64,000 nucleotides of DNA from Moniliella sp. 'wahieum' (taxonomy: Eukaryota): NCBI GenBank assembly GCA_003971905.1, contig RSEE01000008.1, positions 62,001 through 126,000 of the forward strand. The letters run 5' to 3'. Positions 11,566 to 22,851 of the stretch are shown here, one piece after another. A program made the position numbers and the translations under genes. A model generated the notes under the pieces. That model worked only from the letters and a program-made list of their open reading frames with translations. It did not search any database and was not told where the DNA came from. Position 1 is the stretch's first letter. The number at the start of each line of letters is the position of its first letter.

Positions 11566-13134
11566 GGCGAGGCGGGAGAGGCGCAGCAGCAGCAGCAGCT
11601 GTGCGTGCGGCTATATTAGGTAGTGGAGGTAGTGGAGGGGGCAAGGACAAGGGGGGCGCCAGACCACATGGACGCTCCTTCGGACACGCGAGGCGGGGGG
11701 CTAATCGACGTAATCCTAACAGTAGGCGGCTGCCGATCCGATCAGCCATCATGCATCACGCACCATGCATCATGCATCACCCACCATGCCCCCCGCCTTT
11801 GCTGACGTCATAGCACCCACATGCCACCCGCGCCAGTCACCACGTCCCCCAGCAGGCAAGTGTGCCACAGTGCGCAGCCTGCGAGCGCAGTCCTTTCGCC
11901 CGAGCAGCGAGCAACCTCGTGGTGACCGGTCACCGGTCACCGATCGTCTTGATAGGGCCGTGCATGGGAACCCTAGCACTCCTCTCGTAGTTCTCAGCCT
12001 GTCAGATCTCACATCTCCTTCTCATTCTGATGGTCATTAACTTCATTACCAGGGCAAACGGACCCACCAGGGCCAATGGGAATCGATGATCTTTGGCACT
12101 CCACTAGAACAAAGCGACCGTTGGTCTACAGGGCCATCTCCGCCATTGGCCAGTTTCAAGGATCCTCTCTTCGTCCGTACAGTGGGCGTGTATATTATGT
12201 TGAAGCCACAGCAGCGGCAGAAGGATGCGCTCCCCTCTATCCATACACTTTTTGCGACGAGTGGAGAACAACCGACACTTCAACGCGAGTGTCGCGTTGG
12301 AGGCCATTCTGAGAACTTGTTGATTTTTTGATGGTAGCAACCCGATGCCGCGAATAACAGGAGATGGAGATGGGGAAAAGGATGAGGATCATATTCACTG
12401 AGTGGAAAGAGGGTGAGGTATATATACGCCTCGAAGAAGAGAACATACGAGCTGAATCACATGGAGGAAGAAGGAGATAGTCAAAGGGAAAAACAGAGTC
12501 TAGAACAAACCAGGAACCAGCCAACTTGGTGATCAAACAGTGCTCAAGTGGGTCTGATCCCGACAGCGAATGTTGGCAGTAGAGAGAGGCAATGACTATA
12601 GTGACCAGTAGACCCAGTATGGTGTATAGGTCCCACAGGGAATCATCGTCTGGCCCTGCCATCATGTGCCATCGGGAGGGTGTTGTGGGTGATGGAAGAG
12701 GGAATTGAATATTGATGTGGGCCCCGAAAGGGTAGAATACGATGATCTCCATGCCGGGAGAGTCTGGTAGTTATTAGGGGACGACTGTACGGACCGTTCT
12801 CCCAGACCATATTGGGCCACTTGGAGTGACCTACATCGCACTACAGGCATGGAGGGTAAGATTAGATACCGCAGGTCCGCAGAAAAAGAATCTACGGCGG
12901 AGCTTGAAGCTGGTTATGGCGGCCTCTCTTGCGGCATACTCCTGTGCGAACGAGCATGGGCTCCGGATTATTACGCTCGCATTCTGTTCCCGGTCCGGCA
13001 AGCTGCGGTTCTGCCCTTTTTTCTGTTCATTTGAAGCATCTGTGTTCACCTTCTGCGTCTGCATCTGCATAAGCGAGACACAAGCGGCATCTTGCTAGGT
13101 ATTGAAAACAAAACAATATCTTCCACTATCATAC

Positions 13135-13229
13135 GGCATCGTGGTGTAGTTGGTTATCACGTATCCTTAACACTGGCCAAGTGCCCAAGTTAACGGATAA
13201 GGTCCTCGGTTCGATCCCGGGCGAAGTCA
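13135..13229 (+). tRNA. tRNA-Val(AAC) with 21-nt intron (13173-13193)
   Basis: A box TGGTGTAGTTGG, anticodon stem TATCC/GGATA with AAC at 13169-13171, B box GGTTCGATCC, T7 terminator 13231-13237. Confidence 0.95.
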
Positions 13230-13317
13230 CTTTTTTTGGTTGGTCGGTTGGTCGCACCCAATCAACCCATCAACCGGCCAGGCCGAGGTGGTCTTGTTTT
13301 GGCCTCGACTGGCCCTC

Positions 13318-13381
13318 CATCCGTCATCGTCATCCGTCATCGTCATCCGTCATCGTCATCCGTCATCGTCATTCGTCATCT
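13318..13381. repeat. 13-bp tandem repeat (CATCCGTCATCGT)n
   Basis: About 4.5 copies read directly. Confidence 0.85.
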
Positions 13382-14275
13382 ACCACAGCCACCCGGGACG
13401 AAGCTGTTCGTCATCGTTCATCGTTCATTAAAGTAGCCCCCTCCAATTCCCCCCGTCGTACTAGCCACTAGCGAAGCTACTAGTCCACTAGTCCACCAGC
13501 CCACAACCACCTGCAATTTTTCGCGACGAACCGCGGCGCGGGGATCTGTTTGGCCAACGCGAGGCCGCGAGCCAACCGCGTAGCCAACCACGTAGCCAAC
13601 CACGTGGCCAACCAGCTAACCAGCGAGAAGAAACCGACCGGGATACCGAGATCGACAGATATTACTAGCGCGCGCGCAAGCCCAATATAATACATGTACA
13701 AGCTCCGACTCTGTCGTCAAGTCGTAGTGGAGGGGTCTCCCGGTAGCCATCCCCGAAGCGTACGACTATTAACGGCCCAGCACGCGACACGGGGCAAGGC
13801 GCTCAGCACATGGCACACGGTACACGGTAACGGTACACAGCATACAGCATGCAGCATGCAGCAAGAGGTGCGTGAGAGCGGGGTCGCGGTCGCAGGGGCG
13901 CGTGGCCGAGTCCAGGAACAAAAGGGAGGGGAAGAGAGAGGAGAAGGATCGAAATCGCGATGAAGATAAAGATGAAGATGAAGATGAAGATGGAGATTGA
14001 GATCGAAACAAAGCAAAACGAAACAAATCAAATCAAATCAAATCAAATCAAAACAACACCAAGCGCGAAGGGGAAGGGGGAAGGGGGAAGAGGGAACGAG
14101 GGCGTGGGAAGGGAACAGAGAAAGATCAAATACCAAATACCAAAGACCAAACCCTTCCTCCTAGTACGCACAGTACCGCCGAGAGCCGAGGCAGGTACGA
14201 GAGCCGAAGTACGACGCACGACGCACGACGCGCGAGGCAACAGGCACGAGGCAAGAAAGAAAAAAAAATAAACAA

Positions 14276-14336
14276 CCCACCCAGCCACCCAGCCACCCAG
14301 CCACCCAGCCACCCAGCCACCCAGCCACCCAGCCAA
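14276..14336. repeat. (CCCAGCCA)n octamer microsatellite
   Basis: About 7 copies read directly. Confidence 0.9.
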
Positions 14337-14482
14337 TCGAAAGGGGACTGAATGAATATTGAATCCACAACCGCTACCCCGCCCATCCGTTCCATCGGGT
14401 TTGGGTCTCCCCTTGGCCCTGGCCCTTATCCCCTCCCATACACACCCATACCCACCCACGCCCACACCCACACGGGCACACC

Positions 14483-16888
14483 TCAAACCTCAGCTCCCCT
14501 GGGGTTCGACTTGGGGTTAGATTTGGGTGTGGGACTGGCCAAGCGCGTGCCCGCGGCGCGTGCCGCAGCGGGCAAAGTCGGATCAAACGCCGACGATGGC
14601 GGGGTAGGATGCGCGCTCGGTTCAGCCGCTGCGACAGCAACAAGTCCTGATCTCCTCCCTAATCCCGATCCCGAGCCGGATCCTGTTCCTGTTCCCGGTG
14701 CAGAGCCGGATATGGGCAGAGGGAAGGAACTACGCGGCGGCTCGGCTGAGCCCAATCGACCTTGCGCATGCGAAGCGGAAGAGATACTGAGTCGGTGGGC
14801 GTGCACATGGGAGTGGGAGTGGGACAGCGAGTGGGATTGGGAGGGACCCCTTCGTCGGCCCAAAGGCGGGGAGTAAGGGTATTCCGAAGCCGATGCCGAT
14901 GCTGAGGTGGAGGCGGACAAAGATAAGGTACTGAGAGTGTATGTGCGTACGGTCGGTTCGGCCGCGTTCGTCGTCGTTTGGACCCGGCGGTGGTGGTGGA
15001 TCGGTCGCTGATTTGGCTAGGACTTAGTGCGCGCGTGGCCCGGTCCGCGTCGGCGTCCGCTTCTGCATCCATGCCCGATTCCGCGTCCGTCTTGCCCTTG
15101 CCCTCTGCCCCGGTCGGGCCTGCGCCGTTGGAGGGATAGGGGTGGGAGGGATGGGAAGAGGCGTAGGACCTCGTAGGGGGGTAGGACAAAGGTCCCGAGG
15201 CGCCACCAGCCGATGAAGACTCGATAGCTAGAGCGTGTCTCGTGTCCGAAGCTGAAGGATTCGGGCCTACCGTCAACGTTTCCTCGTGTGCGCGTTTACG
15301 CTGCAAGCCCACGGCGCGTAACCGGTCGACCCACAAATCCACCCGGTCCAGCGACTCGCCAAACACGACAGTCACGTTGCGTAGAATGTCGAGGCTCTCG
15401 ACCGTCAGGGTAAACACCTTGTTCGCTGCTGCTGCCGTACGTTCTGTCTCGCCCGACCCGATGGGCGCACTGTTGACGGACGTCCACCGGGCCGGGAGGG
15501 AAAGTATGAAGCCTTTGACTGTTGTGCGTGCGGCCGAGGGTAACGCGGCACCAGCGTACTTTGATACCACATCTACCACTCCCCGAATGGTATTCACCAC
15601 ATCGCCCTTGATCTGGACCAAGTTCGCTGCGATCGGCGCTTGAGCCAACGCCGACGCATCCAATTCCCCATGGTTGATTTGGACCATCACGTCACGCAGC
15701 GCAGTAATGTGGTGCTCAAGGTGCGCCGTGGCATATTGCAGCCACTGGAGACAATACTTGAGCGATTTGATCGACTCGGGTCGCGCAGCAATCGCACCTG
15801 TCAACCCTCCTGCCGTCACACCCGCTTCGACCAGCATGCCTGTCAGCCCCGATCGCCCCGACGGCTGCACACGGCGCGAAGAGAGCAGAGCGGCAGCCTG
15901 GGCAGGAGCGCCGTCAGCGTCCATGGCAGAAGGGGGCAAGTCCGCCGAGGTAGGGTAAGCACCCGGTGCGGTCCCGCTGGGATCCGGACTCAGCGCGGGG
16001 CCGCGGTAGCGCAGCCCGAAATGGTCCGGCTGGGGAGTGAGCGTGTGGGAAGGCGGGGAGGCGGATGGGGCAGCAGAGTTGAGCGGGTGAGGTAACCGGC
16101 CCATGTTTGCGTCCAGCTCGCGGCCCGTCGACGACGAGAGTGCAGGCCGAGCCAAATCGGGCCGACGGGCATGCAGCACATACAACCATGCTTGACGTTC
16201 TTGCACGTCTTGGTCAGCGGGAGATAGGTGGGCCCAGGTGGTAGCCCGCTGTTCGGCGACGGTGGCTTGAATTTGTTTCGCCTCGTGGGGAGCGAGGACG
16301 AGGTCGAGGGCGGCGGCCAGGTCGGGGCCCGAAGGGCCAGTGAGAAGGTCGGTGGGACGGTCGAGGGAGGAGGAAGGGTAAATCCAATCCAGTTGGCGGC
16401 GCGCAAAGCCATCTAGCTGTTGCACGTTCGACTCGCCCAGCACGCCCCCCACGCGTGCGATGACAGGCCGGCCAAGAGATTCGACCAGGCCAGCACTGTA
16501 TTTGACCAGGACGCTGTTTTGTTTGGCGCGGGCATAGGCATCGAGGGTGCCGCGCACGAGCGGATGGCCACCCAACACGTCGGGGGGAGCGTCCGAGTCC
16601 GAGTCGGCCGGGGCGGTGGAGGTGACGCGGCTGGGGAGGGTGAGGGAGGGCGGGTCAGAGTCGACGGTGGTGGATGAGGTGGTGGGCGGCGGGGAGGTGA
16701 GGAGGGCGCCCAGGAGGCGGTGCGCATGCTGCCGAGGGCGGAGGCAGCGAGGCGGACATTGTCGGGGTCGTCGGGCTGGTCGAGCTCGTCGAGCGGAGGG
16801 CGGACATTTGGCGGGGGAGGTGCTGGACGGAGGCCGGGTGGAGGACATGGTGGAGGTCCATGCGTTTGCGCCGCGGGGGGGACGCCAT
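14483..16888 (-). CDS. OPI1: Opi1-family transcriptional regulator of phospholipid synthesis
   Basis: DDPDNVRLAASALGSMR, LVKYSAGLVES, LDGFARRQLD, SLKYCLQWLQYATAHL, VVNTIRGVVDVVSKYAGAALP, FILSLPARW, ANKVFTLTVESLDIL: Opi1 domain motifs; frameshifts at the N- and C-termini. Confidence 0.85.
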
Positions 16889-18394
16889 GGGGGGTGGTGG
16901 TAGCGGTGGTGGGGGTGGTGGTAGCGGTGGTGGGGGTGGTGGTAGCGGTGGTGGGGGTGGCGGCGGCGGTGGTGAGGTGAAGACGGGCTGGCGAGCTGCG
17001 ACAGCCGGCGGCGGGTGCGGTTGGATGCGGCTGGATGCGGTTGGATGCTGGGGGTTGCTGGCTGGGGCTGCTGACGTAATGCACAGCTGATGTGTGGCGG
17101 GGTGCCTGCGTGCGCTGCGCCTGTGGAGAGGCGGGGACGCCGATGCGCCTGCGTTGGCCACTCGCTGCTTGCGCCGCGGCTGATTACTGGTTAGGACTGA
17201 GTCGTGGCCAAACGGGCGCCCCACGGTGACCATCTGTCTCGCCCCCTTGCCGTTCGTCCCAGCCCACGCGCAGCTGGGAGGGAGCGTGGACAGAGACAGG
17301 ACGGACAGCGCGATGGGGCGTGCCAGCCAACTGGCAACCCAAACAAACGCAGCGCCTCTGCGCCTCCCCCGCTGTGCCTGGGTCTCTGGTCTGGCCGTGG
17401 CACGCATGGCATGCATGACATGTGGCAGGCGAGCGGCCACCCTCGCAATCATCGGCCATTGCTCACGCATCATCATGTGACCCACTCGTTTCACGTCCGC
17501 TTGTCATGCATGCCATGTCATCACACGTCACGCGCAGACAGGCCTCCAGCCAGACTCAGCCTCCGGCGTCGGGGGATTCAAGCTTCACGCTTCACGCATC
17601 AAGCACCCAGTCCCTGGGCCTAGCAAGCGCCACCTACTAAATCGCAGGTGGCCGCCTCCCCACTCGGACGTGGGGCAGCGCCCGCTTTCACACGCCCCGT
17701 CCCGCCCCGCGCTGGCCCAACCATTTGATCTGGCCACCGGCCACCGCGCTCCCCCGTCCCCCGTCCAACGTCCAACACGCTCCCACCGCCCAATCTCATC
17801 CCCCTCCCAACACTCTCAGAACCGAGGGGGTGCCACACTGGCGCCACCCCATTGTGGCCATCGCCTCTCCTGCCTGCCTTGTTGGCCTTGGCCTTGTCTG
17901 CCACGACGTCGCCAGTAGCTCGTAGTGACACCGACCGCTCGTCTCTATAGCTTGCCTTGAGATGGACCCAACCACCTGCCTGCGGCGTCGCCTGGCTCAG
18001 TTGAACGTTCAACTCAACGTACTCAGTTGAGTTGAGCGCCAGGCCGCAGCAGCAACCCTAGCAGCGAGCATGCCGTGCCCGTCACATTTGCTCGTTTCAA
18101 CGTGCAACTTCCACAAGGGGCGGTGACGTGGCAGCCTGTGGGCTTCCTGCGCGCAGCTTGGCGCTTTCCGTCTCGTTCGGTTCAACCCGTGGTGCAACGG
18201 TGCGCTTGAACGTTCAAGAAGGCGGAGGATCGGTTGGAGCGTCCATCTGCCACGGCTTCCGCGGGCGGGCGTGGGTTGCCCCACTCGGCCTCGGCTAGCC
18301 TGGGCGTGGCTGCGGCGGGCTTTGTTGCTTCCCGCGCTCCTTGTCTGCGTCCTGCGCTTGCGCTTGCCCCTCCTCTTCCCGCCGCCGCCGCCGC

Positions 18395-19678
18395 ATGGAG
18401 CGTTTCTCCAAGTTCCGTGACCCCGGCACGGGGATCCAAGTCTTCCTCCCGCCCGTCGCCACGGGCCAAAGGGTGGCGGCCGTGCTGCTGGCGCCGCTTT
18501 GCTGGGTGGTCGGGGCGGTGCGTGCGCTGCTCCTGCTGCTCGTGGCAGGTGGGTACTTGGTTCTGCACCACACGCTCGGCCAAACCCATGCGCAGCTAGA
18601 CCGGCGCGTGACGCAGTGTTCTGCCCGTGCCGCCCTCGCCTGCCTCGGCTACCTCCGCCTGCACCCCGAAACAGCTTCTGTGTACCGTAAAGGTCCGCGC
18701 GCGCTGGCTGCCCTCCCGCCCGCGGCGACGGTGCAGCCCCAGCCAGGCGACTTGGTCGTGTCCAACTACTCGTCCTGGATCGACGTGTTGATCCTCACGG
18801 CGTGGTGGGCTCCGCAGTTTGTCGTTCCGGTTGTTTCCGAGCGCGGCGCGCGGCGTGAGCGCCATGGCGTCCGCAGCTAGTGCTGGTGCTGGTCCCACGG
18901 GCGCAGCGGCACGGCGAGCGGCCAAGCGCGATCCAGCGCGCAGCACCAGTGCGAATTCCAGTGCGAGTGCCAGCACGCCTACCGGTGCCAGTGGCAGTGT
19001 GCCCGACCGAGTCGGCGTACTGGGGTGGCGGATCGTATCGTGGTGGGAAGTGGTACGGAGCACGGGGTGTGCAGCCTCGTCGTCTGCGCCAGCCGGGTCG
19101 GGACGTATGTTCCCCAATGCGGTTGAGGCAGCCGAGAGTCTCAGTAAGAAAAGCACGCCTGCGCACGAGCGAACGCCATTGGTGTTGTTCCCTAACTGGT
19201 TACGTCCAACAACCGCGCCCTCCTAGCTCCAGCACCTTGCTTCCCCGTTTCGTGGCGTGGATTTTTACGTGTGCAGGGACACTTGCGTTTGGGTGCTGGG
19301 CAACCGGGCCTGACGCTCGTAGGGATCAAACATGCACCTCCTTCGTCGCTTTCGTGCTCGGCAGTAATGAGTGTCCCGGACGAAACGGCGTCGCCAGCGA
19401 GACACGCATGGAAACTGTGTGCTGCACTGACCTGGTCACGTGGCGTCGTGGTGCGCATCTTGGCCCCAGACGAGGTACCTACAGCCGAAGGGTTTTCCCT
19501 CGCCCACGTCCTTGGACCCGAAGGCGCCAGGGAAATCGTTTCTAATGCACCTACCTCGCCCAGCCGCGACGCAGTGGCAGAGACCTGCATGTCCCTCGTC
19601 TCGGCTATGGCGCGCTTGCGCCGCACACGCTTGTCCTGGCAGGACAAACAGGCGTTCTTGGCCATGTACCGACACTAG
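18395..19678 (+). CDS. LOA1: Lysophosphatidic acid acyltransferase Loa1/Vps66-like
   Basis: N-terminal MERFSKFRDPGTGIQVFLP (Loa1-type MEK...WRD.GTGI.PFLP), PQPGDLVVSNYSSWIDV, LVLFP..TSNNRA, C-terminal LSWQDKQAFL; frameshifted. Confidence 0.8.
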
Positions 19679-20651
19679 GCACTAGCGCGCAGATGGCAAG
19701 TTGGATGGGCATGTATCCTCCCCCGTCTGCTGGGGACCGGTTCGTTCCCCTCCATTCCGTTTTTCACCCCCATTGCCTTCCCTTCCATCCCACGTTCCTA
19801 CCCTACCCTGCCACGGGTCCAAATTCATTCTGTTTCCCATGGCGCACGGAGCGAAACGTACCCCACGCACCTAGGTGAGCGTGCAGTGTACGTGTACAGC
19901 ACAGACCAAACGCTTGTAATGCCGCCCCACCAGAGTGGGCAAAACACATCTCCCCCACAGTTGCAGGTCCTTCCCACCCTGCCTGGTCACCAGTCATATA
20001 TCCTAGCGCCTAGCTGCGAATGGAGGGAGAGGCTGTCCCCGCGTACCTACTGAGAACTGGTCGATGATCCCCCTACTACAGGTGCCCGTTCCGAGCGGGA
20101 AACGGGGGCGCAGGCAGATGCCTCGGGGGCCGTCTGTGAGGTCGGAGGTCGGAGGGTAGGCACAAGAACCGAAGACGAAGCAGGACCCGAACTTGGCTGC
20201 TACCCATGCAAGGCACCCCGGGGTGGTCGTGGTCGTTGTGGCGGCACTAGCTGCTGCCCATGGGTTAGTCCAATACGGTGGATAAAGTTGTGGTGGGCGC
20301 CGCGCGTCGGACCAGACAACCGACTTGGCAGAGTGAAATGGTAGGGAGGTGCGATGGGCGTGCCTGGAGACCTTTTTTGAAGAGAGGTTGTGGTGCATGG
20401 TGCATGGTGTATGGGTGCATGGGACATGACGCGCGTGCTGGCAGAACGTGTAAACCCGCATGGCGGGGACAGTAGGCCTACTTTCGTACTTAGCTTGATT
20501 GGTCACCTGCCCCCTGAGCCTCAGACCTGAGCTTCAGGCCTCAGCCGACGGCTGGCCCGACGGCCACAGTGGGACCAGCAGTCTGGGGAGGGGTCAAAAC
20601 TGGTACTATACTGCACGGTACTCGGTTCGAACACGTATACAGTCTTCTGGC

Positions 20652-20855
20652 AGAGAAGAGAAGAAGAAGAGAAGAGAAAGAGAAGAGAAGAGAAGAGAAG
20701 AGAAGAAGAGAGAGAAGAGAGAGAAGAGAAGAGAAGAGAAGAGAGAAGAGAAGAGAAGAGAAGAGAAGAGAGAAGAGAAAGAGAAGAAAGAGAAGAGAAG
20801 AGAAGAGAAGAGAAAAGAGAAGAGAAGAGAAGAGAAGAGAAGAGAAGAAGAGAAG
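20652..20855. repeat. Pure-purine (AGAAG)n-type microsatellite, ~200 bp
   Basis: Only A/G on the + strand, AGAAG/AGAGA units. Confidence 0.95.
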
Positions 20856-20993
20856 GCATCCTCTGGTGCATATTGCGCTGCCTATGCGTGTAACATGTAC
20901 GACGGATAACGGGGTGTGTTGGTAGCCCGCGCCGAGGACGCGCGTGGGAGTGCGAGATCCGAGTGCTGCGACTGGGATCAAATGCCAGAACTG

Positions 20994-21123
20994 TCAAGCT
21001 TCAAGCTCTCTCAAGCTCTCTCCAGCTCTCTCCAGCTCTCTCCAGCTCTCTCCAGCTCTCTCCAGCTCTCTCCAGCTCTCTCCAGCTCTCTCCAGCTCTC
21101 TCAAGCTTCAAGCTCGATCTCAA
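20994..21123. repeat. Decamer (TCCAGCTCTC)n array bracketed by TCAAGCT heptamers
   Basis: TCAAGCT, TCAAGCTCTC x2, TCCAGCTCTC x8, TCAAGCT TCAAGCT. Confidence 0.9.
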
Positions 21124-22851
21124 GAGACGATGCGGGGAGCTGGTCGCGCTGATCTGGGGACGCGCACGAGTTCTGAATCTTGAGTACTTTTAGTACTCAG
21201 GCGGAGTGAACTGTGTCTATTCAAGGCAGCCACACCATGTAACTTCGGACTTAAATCGTGCAGGGAGCGGATGATCGATTTGGTGAGCACAATGAGGAGC
21301 ACAACGATGAGCGCCAGCCGGGCAGTCCAGAGTCTGAGTCGGCGTGGCTGGCTGGCCAGCGTGGAAGATGGATGTGAGATGATTGCATGTGATAGGTCCA
21401 ACACCGTGGCTGGGAAGGGCTGGGATGCAGGATGGACGCGATGGAATCTGGAGCGATCAGAGGAGGTAAAAGGTGGTAAGCGATAAAGGGTAGTCTCGGG
21501 TACATGTAGCGAAAAGCCGTGGTAATGCAAATGTAACCACGGCGGCGCGAGGTTTGAGTGAGACGTTGGCGTTGCGGACAATGGGGGCTGAGTGGTACGG
21601 TGTACTGGTGGTGGGGAAAGGGGGCGCAGCAGGGGGGAGGGTGGGAGATCTTGGACCAGAAGCAGAATCCAATTACTTGGGTGTGACGTGTGGCACGTGA
21701 CATTACAGCGTACGGGGGATAAGTTGATGAAAGTTGAAAGTTGGACTAAGCACTGCGTATCCAAATCGGTTTGATCAGCTTAGCGCGTACTCAGCAACAG
21801 TACATCAGGTACGTGGTAGGGTTAGGAAAGGGTGGGCATTACGTCAGATGGATCTTAGCCGTCCGTGCTTAGTCAGGCTGAGCGGCTGTTGATGGAGCAG
21901 GCACGAGGGGGGCGGTTAGCGGGTGCTAGTTACGTTCAGTTCAACGTTCACTGGGCAGGCCTCCACCCTGAGCTCAGGCCTTACCTGTTACGCGTTACGC
22001 CGGTTGGGCCCACGGGCGGCAGGGCATGCCGACACCCCAGGCCGTTTGATTTGAAGCGCTGGCTGAGCCGCGCCGACTGGGGACCGCGCTGAGTTGCTCA
22101 GTGCGCTCGCACCAGGGCTGCGACTCAGCCTGAGCCAGGTCCAGCCAGAGCTCCTGGGGTGTCTGAATCTGAATAGTGCGTAGTGCGTCGTGCGTCGTGC
22201 GTCGTGCGTCGTGCCTAGTGCTGACTGGTATCGATTATCAACGCAGCACAGAGAGGGCGAGCGATGATCGATGATGGCGATGATGAATGATGGATGGGGC
22301 GATAATCGATAATCGGTAATCGATAATCGATAATCGGCACTGGTCGTGCTCGGGCTGGCACTGGCGCAGAGCGAGGCAGGCGACGGGGGACGCACCCGGC
22401 GGAAGCATCGCATGGTCGATGGTCGATGAGCGATGATCGATGAGCGCTTTCTTCGCGCTCTGGATCTGGATGTGGATGAGGACTGGGCTCTGGTTCTTGG
22501 CTCTGGCTTTGAATCTGAGTGAATCTGAGTCCGAGTCTGACTCTGTGAGAGTCACTAGTCAGGCACGCGGCGTGAGAGGGGCCGTGGCACACAGCCGCCA
22601 TGCGTCGCCGCTCGACTGGCCGCATGGCTATTAGCATGGCTGCTCGGTGGGAGTGGTCAGTGGTCAGTGTACTCAGTATGGTCATGTCACATGCACGTCC
22701 TCGGCCTCACCGCCCTAACCCTCACATCGCCCTCTCATCACCCCAGACAGCGGCCCAGCTGGGCTGGTTTGACTCTCTTTCTCCCCGTGCTCGTCCCTCT
22801 CGTCTCCCATCCGCTTCGTATCCCCCACGGCTCTCGCTCTGCGCTGCGCCC

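Noticed and set aside
20499..21193. ORFs encoding REEKRREE / SSLLFSSLL / SSSLQLSPAL repeats
   Set aside because: Translations of microsatellites that lack stop codons; no coding evidence.
21120..21764. 214-aa minus-strand ORF with one hydrophobic stretch
   Set aside because: No recognisable domain, a non-ATG start, and it runs into a repeat array.
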